This document shows positions 40,248-54,044 of a stretch of DNA of 64,000 bases, piece after piece. Position 1 is the stretch's first letter. Every line of letters starts with the position of its first letter. Made by a program: the position numbers and the translations under genes. The notes beneath the pieces were generated by a model, which saw nothing but the letters and a program-made list of their open reading frames with translations, was not told the origin of the DNA and made no database searches. The stretch is from Eledone cirrhosa (lineage: Eukaryota), in the NCBI GenBank assembly GCA_964016885.1, contig OZ024752.1, forward strand, positions 13,640,001 to 13,704,000, written 5' to 3'.

Positions 40248-41383
40248 TAAGGGTTGACGGACCCAGCATATTTATCAATGCCAGGACCGGTTGTATCTCA
40301 GCGCACTCAATGGGCAATGTAAGATACATTACCAGAGTATACACATAGTTATTTGCCTCAACACAACACACGTAAATCGGGTGCCTATAAGGTTTCCGGA
40401 CTCGAGTTTCTGCCGCACTAATGCAGCAGTAAGGTGCACTGCACCATCTGTCTGCATATATTATGCAACAATGCACAATCGGCTTATGTTGCTTCATCAG
40501 CGGCTATCGCCTAATCAATAACCAATCGATCGACATAATCCAAACACCGGCCCGAGCCGGTCATGACTGTTTGTGACAACCGACACGGTGAAGCGATTAA
40601 CTGGCAACCGATAGGACTCAATCTCACAACTAGCCACTGATTTATAAATTTTACGTGGGGACGGGAAGCTAAAAAGAATCAATATTTTCGTTCCTGTCAG
40701 AAGCCCTCAGCCAACGTGTCTCACACACAAATTATCAAGGGGTGAAAAGATGGCTATTAGAAATAGCAGTTCACATTGATATAAAATAGAATGGTAACAT
40801 TCGGTTCATGTCTCCAAGCCCCATGGCTAGAGGAGAGCGATGGTAACAATGGTAGTGCCAAGAACCTTTAACGGACATTAAATGCGATCATCCATTATAT
40901 ACCAATATAGTAGCGAGCTGAAATGAGTCAGCCACGTGCGTAGATAACCAGTCTAATTCACAACTTAAAAGAGTGAGAACCAAAATTAGTAGCAGGAAAA
41001 AGAGTCGCTATCAAAACAAAAACACAATAAAAAGTGAAAAATTGTTTAACTTACTCTCAATATTCTGCTCGTTGGGAGATAATAATAATAAGGGTTGACG
41101 GACCCAGCATATTTATCAATGCCAGGACCGGTTGTATCTCAGTGCACTTAATGGGCAATGTAAGATACATTACCAGAGTATACACAAAGTTATTTGTCTC
41201 AACACAACACACGTAAATCGGGTGCCTATAAGGTTCCCGGACACGAGTTTCTGCAGCAGTAAGGTGCACTGCACCATCTGTCTGCATATATTATGCAACA
41301 ATGCACAATCGGCTTATGCTGCTTCATCAGCGGGTATCGCCTATTCAAAAACCAATCGATCGACATAATCCAAACACCGGCCC
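40248..41383 (-). mobile_element. retrozyme/PLE-like unit: two ~300-bp direct repeats each with a hammerhead
   Basis: Repeats 40248-40553 and 41089-41383. Reverse complement cccg-CTGATGA-a-gcagca...tgctgc-a-GAAA-ctcgtg-TC-cggg (41236-41334), with a homolog at 40396-40503. Confidence 0.75.
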
Positions 41384-41850
41384 ATATAAATATATATGTG
41401 TGTGTGTGTGTGTATGTGAATGTGTCTGTTGATATCTGGAATATAGCTTAAGAGAAATATGACAATAATGATATGATAGGCACCCAATATTTTGAACTGG
41501 TTTATAGAATTCTCTTGGCCTTTGTGACTCTAAGTAGAGCTTTAAAAATTAGCTTTTAAAGAATTTCCCTTTTCTTTAAATCCATCAACCATGACCGAGC
41601 CCCAACCATATTATAGACACCTGAAATATAAGCATTGTTGGCTAAAGAGAAACTTAAAAAACCCCACTCTGAATTTGTTTATAGAATTCTTTCTGCCTTT
41701 GTCACTCTAAATATAAATTATAGCCGTAAAGATTTAGCTTTTAATGAATTCCCTTTTCTTTCAACCAATGACCTTCACCCATCCCGCTCCCCACCCTCTC
41801 CTACCACCTGAAAATATATAAATACCGCAACATTTATTTTTGGAAAGCCA

Positions 41851-41899
41851 GATTCCTGATGATTTCTAAAGAATGAAACAGTTTTAGTCCTGTAGAATC
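41851..41899 (+). ncRNA. type I hammerhead-like motif (family H2)
   Basis: gattc-CTGATGA-tttctaaagaat-GAAA-cagtttta-GTC-ctgta-gaatc. Confidence 0.55.
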
Positions 41900-42255
41900 G
41901 TATCTATATTAAAACTATATATATATATATATATCATAATTATACCGCTCCGCTATAATTATAATATATATAGAGGGAACGGTAGCACCAAACGGGAGAT
42001 ATGTACACAGATAGAGAGAAAATGAACGCCGTGTGTTTTAGAGAAAGAAGGAGATAGACAGAAAGTTATGACGTCACCCTTATCTATCTCTCTATATATA
42101 TAAAGAAGGGGGGGGGGCAAGCGAGAGATATGTACGTAGAAAGAGAGAGAGAAGGAAATGCTATGTTTTCGAGGTGACAGAAAGAGCTAGATAGACAGAA
42201 AGTTATGACGTCACCCTCATATAGAAAGGGGGAGCGTCAAACGAAAGAGATGTAC

Positions 42256-42289
<34 letters not shown>

Positions 42290-42297
<8 letters not shown>

Positions 42298-42717
42298 TGA
42301 ACGCCATTTGTTTAGAGAGAGAAAAAGAACGCCATTTATTTAGAGAGAGAAAAAGAAGGCCATTTGTTTAGAGAGAGAAAAAGAACGCCATTTGTTTAGA
42401 GAGAGAGAAAGAACACCATTTGTTTAGAGAGAGAAAAAGAAGGCCATTTGTTTAGAGAGAGAAAAAGAAGGCCATTTGTTTAGAGAGAGAAAAAGAAGGC
42501 CATTTGTTTAGAGAGAGAGAAAGAACACCATTTGTTTAGAGAGAGAAAAAGAAGGCCATTTGTTTAGAGAGAGGAAAATGAAAGCAATTTGTTTAGAGAG
42601 AGAAAAAGAACGCCATTTGTTTAGAGAGAGGAAAAGGAACGCCATTTGTTTAGAGAGAGGAAAAGGAACGCCATTTGTTTAGAGAGAGGAAAAGGAACGC
42701 CATTTGTTTAGAGAGAG
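42290..42717. repeat. ~29-bp minisatellite (gaacgccatttgtttagagagagaaaaa), about 14-15 copies
   Basis: Directly visible head-to-tail repeats without spacers. Confidence 0.92.
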
Positions 42718-43118
42718 TGTATGTGTGAGAGAAAGGGCGAGGAGGCGACGTTGCTCTCTTCTAGTAACTGTAAAACTTCAAGGGCAATGTAGTTTTTATG
42801 AGCGACAATACCGCAATAACATGTTAACATTTCAGAATGGTTTTAAGTATCAGAAAATAAAGAAATAATAGCTGAAAATATAAGGAATTAAATATCTTTC
42901 CTATTTTTAATTCAATATCTCTCTTTTCTGACATTTTCTTATTTTTTTGCTATTTTTATTGAGCTTGGCCAAAGCTATTCAAAGAACAACTCTTATGAAA
43001 ATCAGAAAATGTTATCTACTATATAATAATATACACGGTTAGAACACAGCCGATCTCTTCTAGAGAATGAGAAAGAAAGAGGTAGGGAGAGAGCGAGAGA
43101 GAGGGTGATATATATATA

Positions 43119-43291
43119 CAGTGAAATTCCGTTATAACGAAATTTACGGGGTATAAAAAAATTCGTTGTAACAAAAGATTCTTTATAACTAGATGGACCG
43201 AAACATATCGAGCGTGTAGCCTGGGATAGAAAAAATTTCGTTATACTGAAAAATTCGTTATAATGGTATTCGTTATAACGGAATTTTACCT
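43119..43291. mobile_element. Tigger/pogo-like MITE
   Basis: TA-cagtgaaattccgttataacgaa ... ttcgttataacggaattttacc-TA. Confidence 0.75.
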
Positions 43292-43465
43292 ATATATATA
43301 TATATAAATATATATATATATAGTAATAATAATAAATGTGAAGACTAAAATCCAAAGAGAGCTCGATAAGGAAAATATATATCAAATATATAAGAACCCT
43401 AGAGCAAATATTTCAAAAGATACCGTTAAGGTGAAAGCAGCGATTCTTAAACTTTAATCTGTTAA

Positions 43466-43507
<42 letters not shown>

Positions 43508-43748
43508 AGTGTAACTTGGAGTTACTGTAGGTTCACCCGGGTGAGCACTCGATGTTTAGGTTCACTTCTGTGTCGAGGTGTAGATAGAGAGTGTATTATA
43601 TTGAAAAGATAACAAGGAATCCGTCGAGCTGCGGATTATAGAGTCGGGTAAGATCGATACAGATCGAACCTTGAGCTGATCAGTGGCGAAACGCGCGTCA
43701 ACTACCAATAAATGTAATGAAGGAGTAATCAATCGTCCTTGTTATCTT

Positions 43749-43780
<32 letters not shown>

Positions 43781-43916
43781 TAGCTCTACAAGGTAAACTG
43801 TAGAGAATGAGCCCCGCGATTCAACCCGTCAACATGAATGGACCTGTTATTTTTATCTAAAGACATTTTTTCCAATTCCAACCCCGTCTCCTCAAGCTAT
43901 CGTATTCCTCATTCTT

Positions 43917-43952
43917 TCTTCTGATAAAGGACTAGCGTCCGAAACGTTAAGA
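43917..43952 (+). ncRNA. minimal hammerhead (family H1), CTGATAA variant
   Basis: tctt-CTGATAA-aggac-tagc-gtcc-GAAA-cgtt-aaga. Confidence 0.55.
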
Positions 43953-44033
43953 CCCTCTTCCTGCTATATCAAGCGTTAACCTAATATATCCCTTCCATAT
44001 ACTGTACTGATTGTGTTGTTATTCCTGTTTACC

Positions 44034-44097
<64 letters not shown>

Positions 44098-44211
44098 ACA
44101 CACCAACACACACACACACACAATAATATATATAAAGTTTTGGTACCCTTGAAATATATATAATAGAATAAATATGGTTTTATAAATATAGTTATTGAAT
44201 ATACGTATATG

Positions 44212-44271
<60 letters not shown>

Positions 44272-44539
44272 GGGGGGAATAGACCCCAGTACAGTACTTG
44301 CTGTTTTTATCGAACTCCAAAGGATGAGAAGCAAATTTAGCTTTAATGAAGCTCTCTCAGGATAACCACACTCAGTCATACATTTCTTCTAATTGTTATT
44401 TCCACATAAAACAGAATACAAAACGTCAATAATTTATTTCATTTAGTATTTTGAGATTGATCCTGATTGCTTTTTAAGGCCAATTACATCTGACGCATAA
44501 AAATGTCTGATGACCCAGTGAGAAACAGGCGAAATAAAA

Positions 44540-44684
44540 ACAATTCGAACCATCCGAAAATTAAAAAAAAGCCCAGCTGAGGGCACAAATAAATTGGTAT
44601 GGCCGTCGCTGGTGCCCACCCCCACTGCAGGGACCCCGGGACGATTGCCTCCTTTGCCCCACCCCCCCATTAAATCCAGCCCTG
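44540..44684. mobile_element. terminal fragment of hAT-like non-autonomous DNA element
   Basis: Ends cccattaaatccagccctg. A homolog at ~50005-50098 ends cccattaaattcggccctg. Confidence 0.5.
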
Positions 44685-45155
44685 CGTAGCTCAAAGATTT
44701 TATATAGCAAATCCATTGATATTGCTTGTAAAACTCATATTTGTGATACATGACTTATTCATATATATTTGTGATCAGCTTGGATCGATGTTAGTTTGTG
44801 CTTTTGTTAACCAAATTTATTTATTCTCCCTTCCCATACAAACAGTGTTACTGAAGTGGTGTCGTTTGATGTAGTTTGTGAATTGTTTGAAGCTGTACAG
44901 TTTATTATTCTAAATTTTCTGGTAGCATAAATCACGGAGAGGCTAAAACCTTTCGTGATGAAAATAAACGAGCGAACGAAAATATTTATGTGTGTATTTA
45001 ATGTTCAGCTCCAACAGCTAGATGTTAAGTTATTGCGTAGTTCCAGAAAATGTGGATTTTCAAATATCAAGCTATATACAAGGAGTCCGAAAACTGCCTG
45101 TACCACGTATATTTGATATTTTCATGGATTTGAGAAGAACCTATCCTTATCTTAA

Positions 45156-45375
45156 CCCTTTAGTATTTACATTACTCCATATATACTATTGTATTTCGCG
45201 GTAAAGGCTTTATCTCACATAATTATCTCTCATAATAATAAATCTATGAAATGTTGATATTATTTATTTTGAGAACAATACCTTAACATCAATATGAGTG
45301 GCCATTTACAGCCGGTTTAAACAGAAAAAGGTGAGAGAATTCTGGCCGGAAACAGTCGGTTTAAATGCTAAAGGG
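45156..45375. mobile_element. complete 220-bp piggyBac-like MITE with TTAA TSD
   Basis: TTAA-CCCTTTAGTATTTA ... TAAATGCTAAAGGG-TTAA. Confidence 0.85.
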
Positions 45376-45379
45376 TTAA

Positions 45380-45890
45380 AGTGAGACCAGCCAAGCTCAT
45401 GGATGTTATCCAACCATCTTGCTCGGTGTCTACCCCCGGGACTCTGCCGCTTAGTTTTGCCAGTAAAATCTGTCCAGCGAGTCTTTCTTCAGACATTCGA
45501 ACCACCTTCCCTTTAGTATCGGAGCTGTGATCTCTCAATCCGGAGAATTAGCGGCTCTACCTGGAGTAACTCTCTGATCTCCGAGCTATGCACTCTATCG
45601 AGTAACGTTACTTTAAAGACCCTTCGTAAGCACCCCATTTCAGCCACTTGTATTCGTGTTCGTACTCTTTCGGTCATTACCCAAGATTCACGACCCTCAG
45701 TAAGGGATGGCACGAATATTGAATTGAAGAGAGCGTATTTTGGCTTTTAGGCTTATCTATCTTCTTCTGATTACCAAATGTTGAAGCTGGCGCATTACTG
45801 CACCAGTTCCTGCAATATCTTTCTACTTAATGCATCCCCTACCTTCTATCAGTCATAAACATGGCCTCGAGATACTTGGACTTTTCTATC
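45380..45890 (-). mobile_element. RTE-clade LINE fragment (family R1)
   Basis: ORF 45513-45713 ESWVMTERVRTRIQVAEMGCLRRV...IERSQLRY, with KYLE upstream. Confidence 0.85.
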
Positions 45891-46299
45891 TACTTCATTC
45901 TATTTCTAATTAATTAAATTAATGTTTATTCCGGGTATTGTCCCAGCCTTTCTTGACCAGAATAAGTTAATCATTTAAATAATGACTCTCTTTCATCGCA
46001 CGGTGTGAAATTTTAATTAATTAACATTTCCTAGCTCGGTTCACTACATCAATTATATTCGCGTTTACTTTACTAGCAATCATATGAGCTTGACAAGCAA
46101 CAGGTAAACCATGACAGCTGAAGGTTTTCAACAGTCGCAGGCTCATGAATAAGTTAAGATGTTATTGTGAACTGTAAGGTGATATGGGGTATGACTAGCA
46201 AGGGTTAGAAGACACAAGAAACAAGATGTATTAACCGAAATACTGATTGGGTATAATTTTAACAATGAAACTTTACGATTCGTGAAATCCACACAAAGC

Positions 46300-46610
46300 A
46301 TAGACAATGATCTTAATGGACCCCCATCTGTTTCGACGATGAGTGTACCTGTTGTTGGAATAACGTAACAGCCTGCTCGAAAAATCCTCGTTCATGAGGT
46401 AAACATTCCACAGACTCGAGTACAGATTTTTCAGACATTCAATATGACAAGGCTATCCTTTTGAATTATAGGCACGACCCATTTTTACCAGCTGAGTGGA
46501 TAGGAACAACGTGAAATTAATTATCTTGCTTAAGGATACAATGTCTTACTGACAACGGAACGCATGTCCTTGATATCGTGAGTCGAACTCCCTAAGATCC
46601 GTCTTTCACA
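46300..46610 (-). mobile_element. SINE family B, diverged
   Basis: cagctgagtggataggaacaacgtgaaatt core. Confidence 0.6.
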
Positions 46611-47649
46611 TAATGTGTGTAAATTTATATATACTTAGTGAAGGCGCATGGGTAATGGTTAGAGCATTGGGCTTCCAGCTGAGAAGTAACATTAATGAAA
46701 CATTGCTCGTTTTTTACACACTTGAAGAAGATACATCAACATAGCAAGACCAAGTTCCGATAGTACTTTAATGTAGGACTCAGCAGCAATAACGACGAAA
46801 GAATTGCAACAGTTGCCGTCTATATTATACATTCTAAAGGACGATTCTACAAAAACCGGTGACATTCCATTGTCGCAGACGCATGTGATACTCCGATAAG
46901 CTCCAACTAAAGGCCGCTGTTTGTAAGTCGTTCCAAGGAGTTTATGTCCTGATTTGCACTGATGGTGGTGGTGGGGTGAGTGGGGGGGGGGGGGGGGGGG
47001 GGGTAAGTTGAGGATAAAGACAGATAGAAATATAGACGTAAAAGTTGCCTACACCCCGGAGTGTATATTTACAAATACTTGTGTAACATCGTTAAGCTAG
47101 CAACACATAAAAGCCAAGCAGCTGGTCAGAGACTACAAACTCTGCAGGTTTCTGATAATGATACGTCTTTCACGCATGTTTCATAAGTAAATACATATGT
47201 ATGCATATACTTGGGTCTTGAAAAATGCCCCCCCCCCCCCCCCCCCCCACACACACGCCTGCTTATTAATATTTCAGATTATTTCCACCCCTCCACTTTT
47301 GATTCAACATCACGCTCTTATTCCACCCCTACTTATTAAATCTTGCTGATCTATCTCCGGCGAAGTTTTGATTTTTAAAAATATACACGGAGACAACCTA
47401 GAAAAAATTACCGAGTTTCCAACACCCCTGCTTATTCCACCCTCAGCTTATTCAAAGGCTCCTGTTATTTGGGATCCGAGAGTAAGTATAAATACACATT
47501 ATTATATGGCCCTTCACTCTTATAAGTATCTCCGCTCTCTGATTAGTTGTAAGTCGTAATAGTTCATGTGAATTAAACACTGGATTTCTTTCTATGGATT
47601 GTTCATTGTTTATAATAAGCCCTCAGCTTTTAACTATACCAGTTATAAT

Positions 47650-47993
47650 AAAGTGTAACAATCCCTGCAGTTACAATTGTCCATGGAACTTGCAACTAGA
47701 AAGTTCCTCTCTGAGGCACAAGTCCGGACAAGGTTCTTTATGGAAGACCAGCAGTCACCTATGCATACCAGCGCCCTCTCTCCACGCCACCGATGTTGTC
47801 CAAGGGAAAGTCAATGGCCGATAAATCTTGGCACCAGTGACGTCGCAACACATTTCTACAGCTGAGTAAACTGGAACAACGTGAAATAAAGTGTCTTGCT
47901 CAAGGAAACAACGCCTCGCCCAGTCTGGAGATCCTACTCACAACCTTACGATTGCAAGTCCAACGCTTTAACCACTAAGCAGTGCGCCTTCAC
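47650..47993 (-). mobile_element. SINE family B (CORE-like), full length
   Basis: Reverse complement gtgaaggcgcactgcttagtggttaaagcgttggac head and ccttgagcaagacactttatttcacgttg core. cagttataata occurs near both ends (~47640 and ~47993). Confidence 0.8.
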
Positions 47994-48347
47994 AGTTATA
48001 ATATTACAATAGAAATAAGTCAGTGAAAGTTTTATAGGAAATATAAAAATAATTATTGTAGTAAAAGAAAACAGTAAAAACTTTATTGGTGTAGGTTGTT
48101 ATTTAACGTAACCTTTCAGAAAATGCGACTAACGCCAATAAACAAGCATATAAAAGTTAAAATACAGGAACTAACTGGGATAAAAGGTGCTCATCCATGC
48201 ATGGGATATGGGATATGTATTGTTCAGTATCAAAATAGCAATAGCTCTTTAACAAGCTGTACGTAGCTAGCACATGATAGGTATTTTTCACTTTCCCAGC
48301 CTCAGATCAAATAATTACTTATCAAATATGAGTTAGAAGAAGAATTA

Positions 48348-48369
48348 TCTATATATATAAAACTGAGGA

Positions 48370-48427
<58 letters not shown>

Positions 48428-48473
48428 CGTGCGTGTGCGTGCGTGTGCGGGCGTGCGTGCGTGCGTGCGTGCG

Positions 48474-48521
<48 letters not shown>

Positions 48522-49113
48522 AGTTTGAATCCTTAAAACTCGAGAAGTACCCAACCGATTTTTTTCAAACTTTACATGAGTATTACTTATGTTTCAGGGA
48601 GTGTAACGGACATAAATTCAACTTTTTGATCCCCTAGGGCCCGCATTAGGTGAAAAACTCCGTATTTTTCAGCCTTTTAGGGGTTTCTTGAGGCGTTACA
48701 TCAGACTGATTTCCTTGAAATTGTAACTATGTATTAGTCAGTCTCTTCTTCATACCGTGAGCAAAGAAAATCCAACTTTTTTTACGGCCTAGGGCCCGCA
48801 TTAGATGAAAAACTTCATTTTTTCAGCTTTTTACGGCTTTTTTGAGGCGTTACGTCTAGCCGATTTTCCCGAAATTTCAAGGCATATTATGCACATAAAA
48901 TATTCACTTCCTCCAACCCCTAGGGCCCGCATTAGGTGAAAACCTGCATTTTTCCTGCTTCATCGAGGAAAATCTTAAAGATTATCCAGCCATCAGAGTA
49001 TTCGGTTTATTTTCTTTACATATTGTCCAGGCATGCAGTTTTCCACGATTAGGTCTGTTGGCGGCCCACGTTCAAAATACCTTATCCCGTGCAACGCCGG
49101 GTACCACTGCTAG
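48348..49113 (+). mobile_element. non-autonomous Helitron
   Basis: A|TCTATATATATAAAA start, subterminal cccg...cggg hairpin and CTAG|T end. Contains internal (GT)n and three ctagggcccgcattag repeats. Confidence 0.85.
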
Positions 49114-49429
49114 TAATATATAAAATCCACTTGAAACTAGGTTAAAACTTGATATTTATTGAGACGGAAGGGATTCGTGTGTCGAAACAAATATTGTTAT
49201 ACTTGGGGAGGTCATATTGTTGTAATAATATTGCCAGAAATAATAACAGAACACACTCACTGTTTGCTTGGTTTTCGCTTCTGTATTTTTTATATCTCCA
49301 CAGTTAATTTACTTGACAATCAATGTTTATCATTGATTGACCAGCGTTTAAAAATACAGATATAAATATATATGTAAAATAAAATAAAGATGGCGTAGAC
49401 ATATAATACAATAGGAGGAAACTTAATAG

Positions 49430-49473
49430 TACCACTGATGATGTTGCAGATGTGCAACGAAAGAACTTTGGTA
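49430..49473 (+). ncRNA. minimal type I hammerhead (family H3)
   Basis: tacca-CTGATGA-t-gttgca-gatg-tgcaac-GAAA-gaactt-tggta. Stem II covaries with the copy at 56185. Confidence 0.65.
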
Positions 49474-49630
49474 GACTATATATATGTATTTATATCTGTA
49501 TTTTATAAAGAAAATAATAAAGGGAAACCTTACAGAGAAAATCCTATGGAATACAAATCGTGGAGTGCTTCACGTCTATTTACGAAAAAGTTAACAGATA
49601 CTTGATCAGCCAACATTCATCAACTGAATA

Positions 49631-49754
<124 letters not shown>

Positions 49755-49893
49755 TAGTTTTGCGAGGTTTTTGATATGAAATCGTGTGTCGAAACAAATA
49801 TTGTTATACTTGGGGAAAACCAACCAAACAGTGAGTGTGTTCTGTTATTAATTCTGGCAATATTATTACACAAATATGACCCTCCCCAAGTAT

Positions 49894-49944
<51 letters not shown>

Positions 49945-50151
49945 TACCATTTTTTAATTTTGTCGTGATAACATTATACATAGTTATTAAATTCACAACT
50001 TTAAACCAACCGAAAACTAAAAAAGCCAGCTGAGGGCACCAATATATTGCTATGTCCGTCGCTGGTGCCCCACCCCCTCCCCATTAAATTCGGCCCTGAG
50101 AACATGGGTATTTATATACTTTTATACACACCAAAACTATACCATACAATG

Positions 50152-50186
<35 letters not shown>

Positions 50187-50371
50187 CGAAGTTTGGTAAG
50201 AAACCAGATGGACTATAACGCACCAGAGTACTCGATACTTAGGGTAGTAGAGTGGGTAATAGGAAAAGAATCAGGACCCCGACGGCTGTCGAAACGTCCG
50301 GGCTCACCCGTCGGGGTCCTGATTCTTTTCCGATATATATATATATTTGTTTATAAAACTGATATATATTA

Positions 50372-50436
50372 TATTTTATCTGATGAAAGCGCACCATAAT
50401 TTGCTTTGGTGTCCTTGAAATATGTATAATGAAATA
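50372..50436 (+). ncRNA. type I hammerhead (family H4)
   Basis: tattttat-CTGATGA-aag.gcacca...tggtgt.ctt-GAAA-tatgta...atgaaata. Confidence 0.65.
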
Positions 50437-50477
50437 AATATGGTTTTATAAATATAGTTTCCATTTATATAGTTTCC

Positions 50478-50517
<40 letters not shown>

Positions 50518-50545
50518 TTTAACTCTTGATATAGAAGGAAAAGTG

Positions 50546-50581
50546 TCTTAACGTTTCGTACGTTAGTCTTTCATCAGAAGA
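50546..50581 (-). ncRNA. minimal hammerhead (family H1)
   Basis: Reverse complement tctt-CTGATGA-aagac-taac-gtac-GAAA-cgtt-aaga. Confidence 0.55.
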
Positions 50582-51070
50582 TAGAAGAAGAAATAGAAAG
50601 ATAGACGAGAGTGTGAATAGGAAGACAGGGAAACAATTGTTTTGGTAGAGAAATCAGGTAGTAAATGGGCCAGTATAAATATATTTATATAGAAGTGAAA
50701 TTGTGACAATGTAAACAGTAGGTCGAACCTTGCTATAACAATTCTATTATGTTTCTGAGTATAGCTCATAGCTCTGTTTGCATAACTATGCTTGAGTGAT
50801 AGCAAGTTCCGCCCATATTTCGTAGGTTGAACGGATACTGACAAAAGGGGGCATCGAGGTATAAAATTGCTTTAAATGTATTAGTTTGCACAAACCTTCC
50901 CACAATTGTTATAATATAAATTCAAATCAATTTAAAAAAAGAAAAAAAAAAAAAAGAAATACAATTTATATTTTCTAGACAAAACTTGACTCAAGCACTC
51001 AAAAGCACAAATATTTTACACCCTTAATGAAGGGCTCAGACATCACTGTTGTGTCCCGGGTTTATTCTGA

Positions 51071-51333
51071 ACATGGAAGAAACACTAAACAACTGTACGT
51101 TATTGAATGCATGTTCCCAGTTCTCAAACCTTCTAATTTCATGTAAACCTAGAAGTTTAGATAAAATACCGAGGTGTGGTATCTAACGTCTATCTTATGA
51201 CCATCGAAGAGACACTAAAGAGCTCGCTGTTATTGAATTCATGTTCCCATTCCCCAACCCTTCCAATTCTGTTTAAACCTACAACTTTAAACAAAATGCT
51301 GAGGTGTTGGCTTCTAGCGTGTAGCTTATGGAC
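51071..51333. repeat. diverged two-copy tandem repeat (~131 bp)
   Basis: gaaga.acactaaa...gttattgaat.catgttccca...taaaccta occurs twice. Confidence 0.7.
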
Positions 51334-51797
51334 CTTGACTCGTTTAGGTAAAGTGGTTGGCAAGATTTCAAAGCATTCCAGTTATAGTTCAATAACCCAC
51401 AGTAAAGAGAAATCTTTTCTACAGATGCCAATGTACATAAATCAGGTTTACTATCAGAAAACTCTTTTATTTAAGACAAGCAATAAAAACGAATGAACAA
51501 AGAACGAAGCAGTAAAAATATAGTAGTTTCAGTTTAAGCAATCATAAATATAATTAGTATGATCAGACTGAAAGAGAAGGTAATATAATTAAATGGTGAA
51601 TTAAGAACAATGAAATCTAAAAGCAGAGGGGTTTGAAGAAAACAATGATGTTTACGATGAAGAAATGGCACAAGAGTGTGGAGAGGGGTAACACTCAATA
51701 TTTTGATGTCTAATTAGGTTTTCGGGGATCTCATATATCCATATTTCTCTATCTATCTACCCCTCCCCCCGCTCTCTCTCTCACACACACACACACT

Positions 51798-51882
<85 letters not shown>

Positions 51883-52229
51883 TATGAAAACAGGGAGAAA
51901 GAGACGATTATTAGGAAGAAAAATATATTTTTTTCCCTTTTTATTTATTTCTCTCTTTTTTTCTTGGTTAGAAAATGATTAAAACGAAATATTTTATTTT
52001 TGTGAAGTGTTAAGCATAAACATGCTGAAACCGGTCATAGACACTTATTAAATATATAAATAGTTAAATAAATGCCGTTGTTAATTAATAAATAAATCAA
52101 CTTATACCTTAACTCTTCACACAAAGTGAAATATTCCGTTTTAATCATTTTCCAACTCAGAAAAAAGAGAGAAATAAATAAAAAGGGATAAAAAAAAATG
52201 TTCTTCCTAATAATCGTCTCTTTCTCCGT

Positions 52230-52236
<7 letters not shown>
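51883..52236. repeat. TA-flanked foldback element (~135-bp arms)
   Basis: atgaaaac.gggagaaagagacgattattaggaagaa pairs with ttcttcctaataatcgtctctttctccgttttcat. Confidence 0.8.
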
Positions 52237-52270
<34 letters not shown>

Positions 52271-52430
52271 CTAACTCGTGTGCTTCCTCTCCACATTTTA
52301 TTATTATGTGTATATATATATATATACATATATACACGATGTCCCCTTAAAATGTATACACATTTTTATTAGAATGCTATTGAATTGTATATACTTATTT
52401 TGGGACAGCCTATATATATGTATAAATATT

Positions 52431-52935
52431 CTAGGGCGGGTAAAGTTCCCGAGATCCATGGACGAGTTCTCTCCAACGGTCTCTGTCCCACATTATCGCT
52501 GCCATGTCCTGCGTCTCCAACAGACCAGTGTCTCTCCTTAGGGCATCAACATACGTTAACCTTGGTCTTCCACTTCCAGTGTGTCCATGTTGGGGCTCCC
52601 ACAGGAGCACTGAGTGCAATGTCAAAATGTCAACTCTGGATGTCGGTGAGCATGTCCAGCTAACCTCAGTCTCCTCTGTGTCACTTTTCAGCTGACTTTT
52701 GGGAGGCTCCCATACAGCTCTGAGATTTTCAACCTCAGTGTATACTGATTAATGTTCAGAGCCATCCTCAGCATTCTCGTGTAGCACCCATCCACCATCT
52801 GAGTGAGTTTCTTGGTCAGTGTCCAAGTCTCAGACCCGTACAGCAGCACAGACTCCACTACATCAATGAAGAGGCGGATTTTCAGGTCTTCACGAAGGTC
52901 CAACTTCCATACCGATCTCAAGCTGTGGCACGCAT
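52431..52935 (-). mobile_element. RTE-clade LINE 3' fragment
   Basis: VESVLLYGSETWTLTK...YTRMLRMALNI and GRPRLTYVD...DRDRWRELV. Confidence 0.88.
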
Positions 52936-53201
52936 TAAACTACATCCAGTGGCAAGGCCTCAGTTCGGGAGTTCAGGAGCTGTGGGGAATGTGCAGTTAC
53001 CTCTTAGTTGTAATAACTCTCAGGTCTGCTCTGACCCGGAGTAGTAGTATCTGTCAGGGCCCCATTTATGGGTTAAATAACTACCTTATTCAAGTGGCGC
53101 CGGTAAGGTATAGTCAGCCATTGAAAAGAAATATGGAGAGTCGATCTAACAGTACTAGGGTTAGAGCCCCTAGTTACACTGTCAAGGAGCAGTCTGGTCA
53201 T

Positions 53202-53255
<54 letters not shown>

Positions 53256-53256
<1 letters not shown>

Positions 53257-54009
53257 CTATACATATATATAAAACTGTAGTTGTCTGTGTGTGTATGTCC
53301 TAATTTTGGCAAAGTCTATACAAATCCACATTTCTACTCCGATTGACTTCAAACTTGTATTTATATATTCCTTGCGGCCTAAAAGTATTAACTGCAGCTT
53401 TTATTCTTCAATTTTCTGTTGTTAAAGGCGTTTTTTTTTCACTAAAACTTTAAGCCCGTTTTGTCGGAAATTTTGTCTACAATGTTCAAGAGAGACAACT
53501 CTTTAGTATTTTGAAAGAGTTACCTCTCTTTATAGACTATATTATCCCTACTTAAACGTACATCCCTTGATGGTGACCCCAATAGTAACTCCGAAGCGAT
53601 CGGAATCCGATATAACAGTTCGGTCTATATCAGATTGGATAGATTTTTCTAACCTTAAAAGTATCCAACTAAATTCCTTCATGCTCTCCACCACTGCAGT
53701 CCCACATGCTTACTGCTCTGTAACTATTGCTTTCATTGTACCATAGCACAACAAATACATATTCGGTTTGTCGAATGCCTTTTTACTTAACTCTATCGTC
53801 TTGGCTTTCGTGGGTTTAACATTTTACTTTCAGGCACCCAATTAAGTTAAACCCCTGGTAATCTACGAGGAATTTTTTTCATAAGCACAAAATGTAGACA
53901 CCATCACCAGGCTGAGGTATTCTGTACTTCTCTGTACTGTTTCAGAAAGGAGGGATAAACATGCCAATCTATGTTTAGAATCCCGAACAACGCCGGGCCA
54001 TTCTGCTAG
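53256..54009 (+). mobile_element. non-autonomous Helitron
   Basis: TCTATAC..ATAAAACTG start and cccgaacaacgccggg + CTAG|T end. Termini match 48348-49113. Confidence 0.8.
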
Positions 54010-54044
54010 TATATATATATATATATATATATATATTAAGTAGT

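Noticed and set aside
42290-42717. 29-bp repeat array resembling CRISPR in unit size
   Set aside because: Units are head-to-tail with no unique spacers and no cas genes, in a eukaryotic context. It is a minisatellite.
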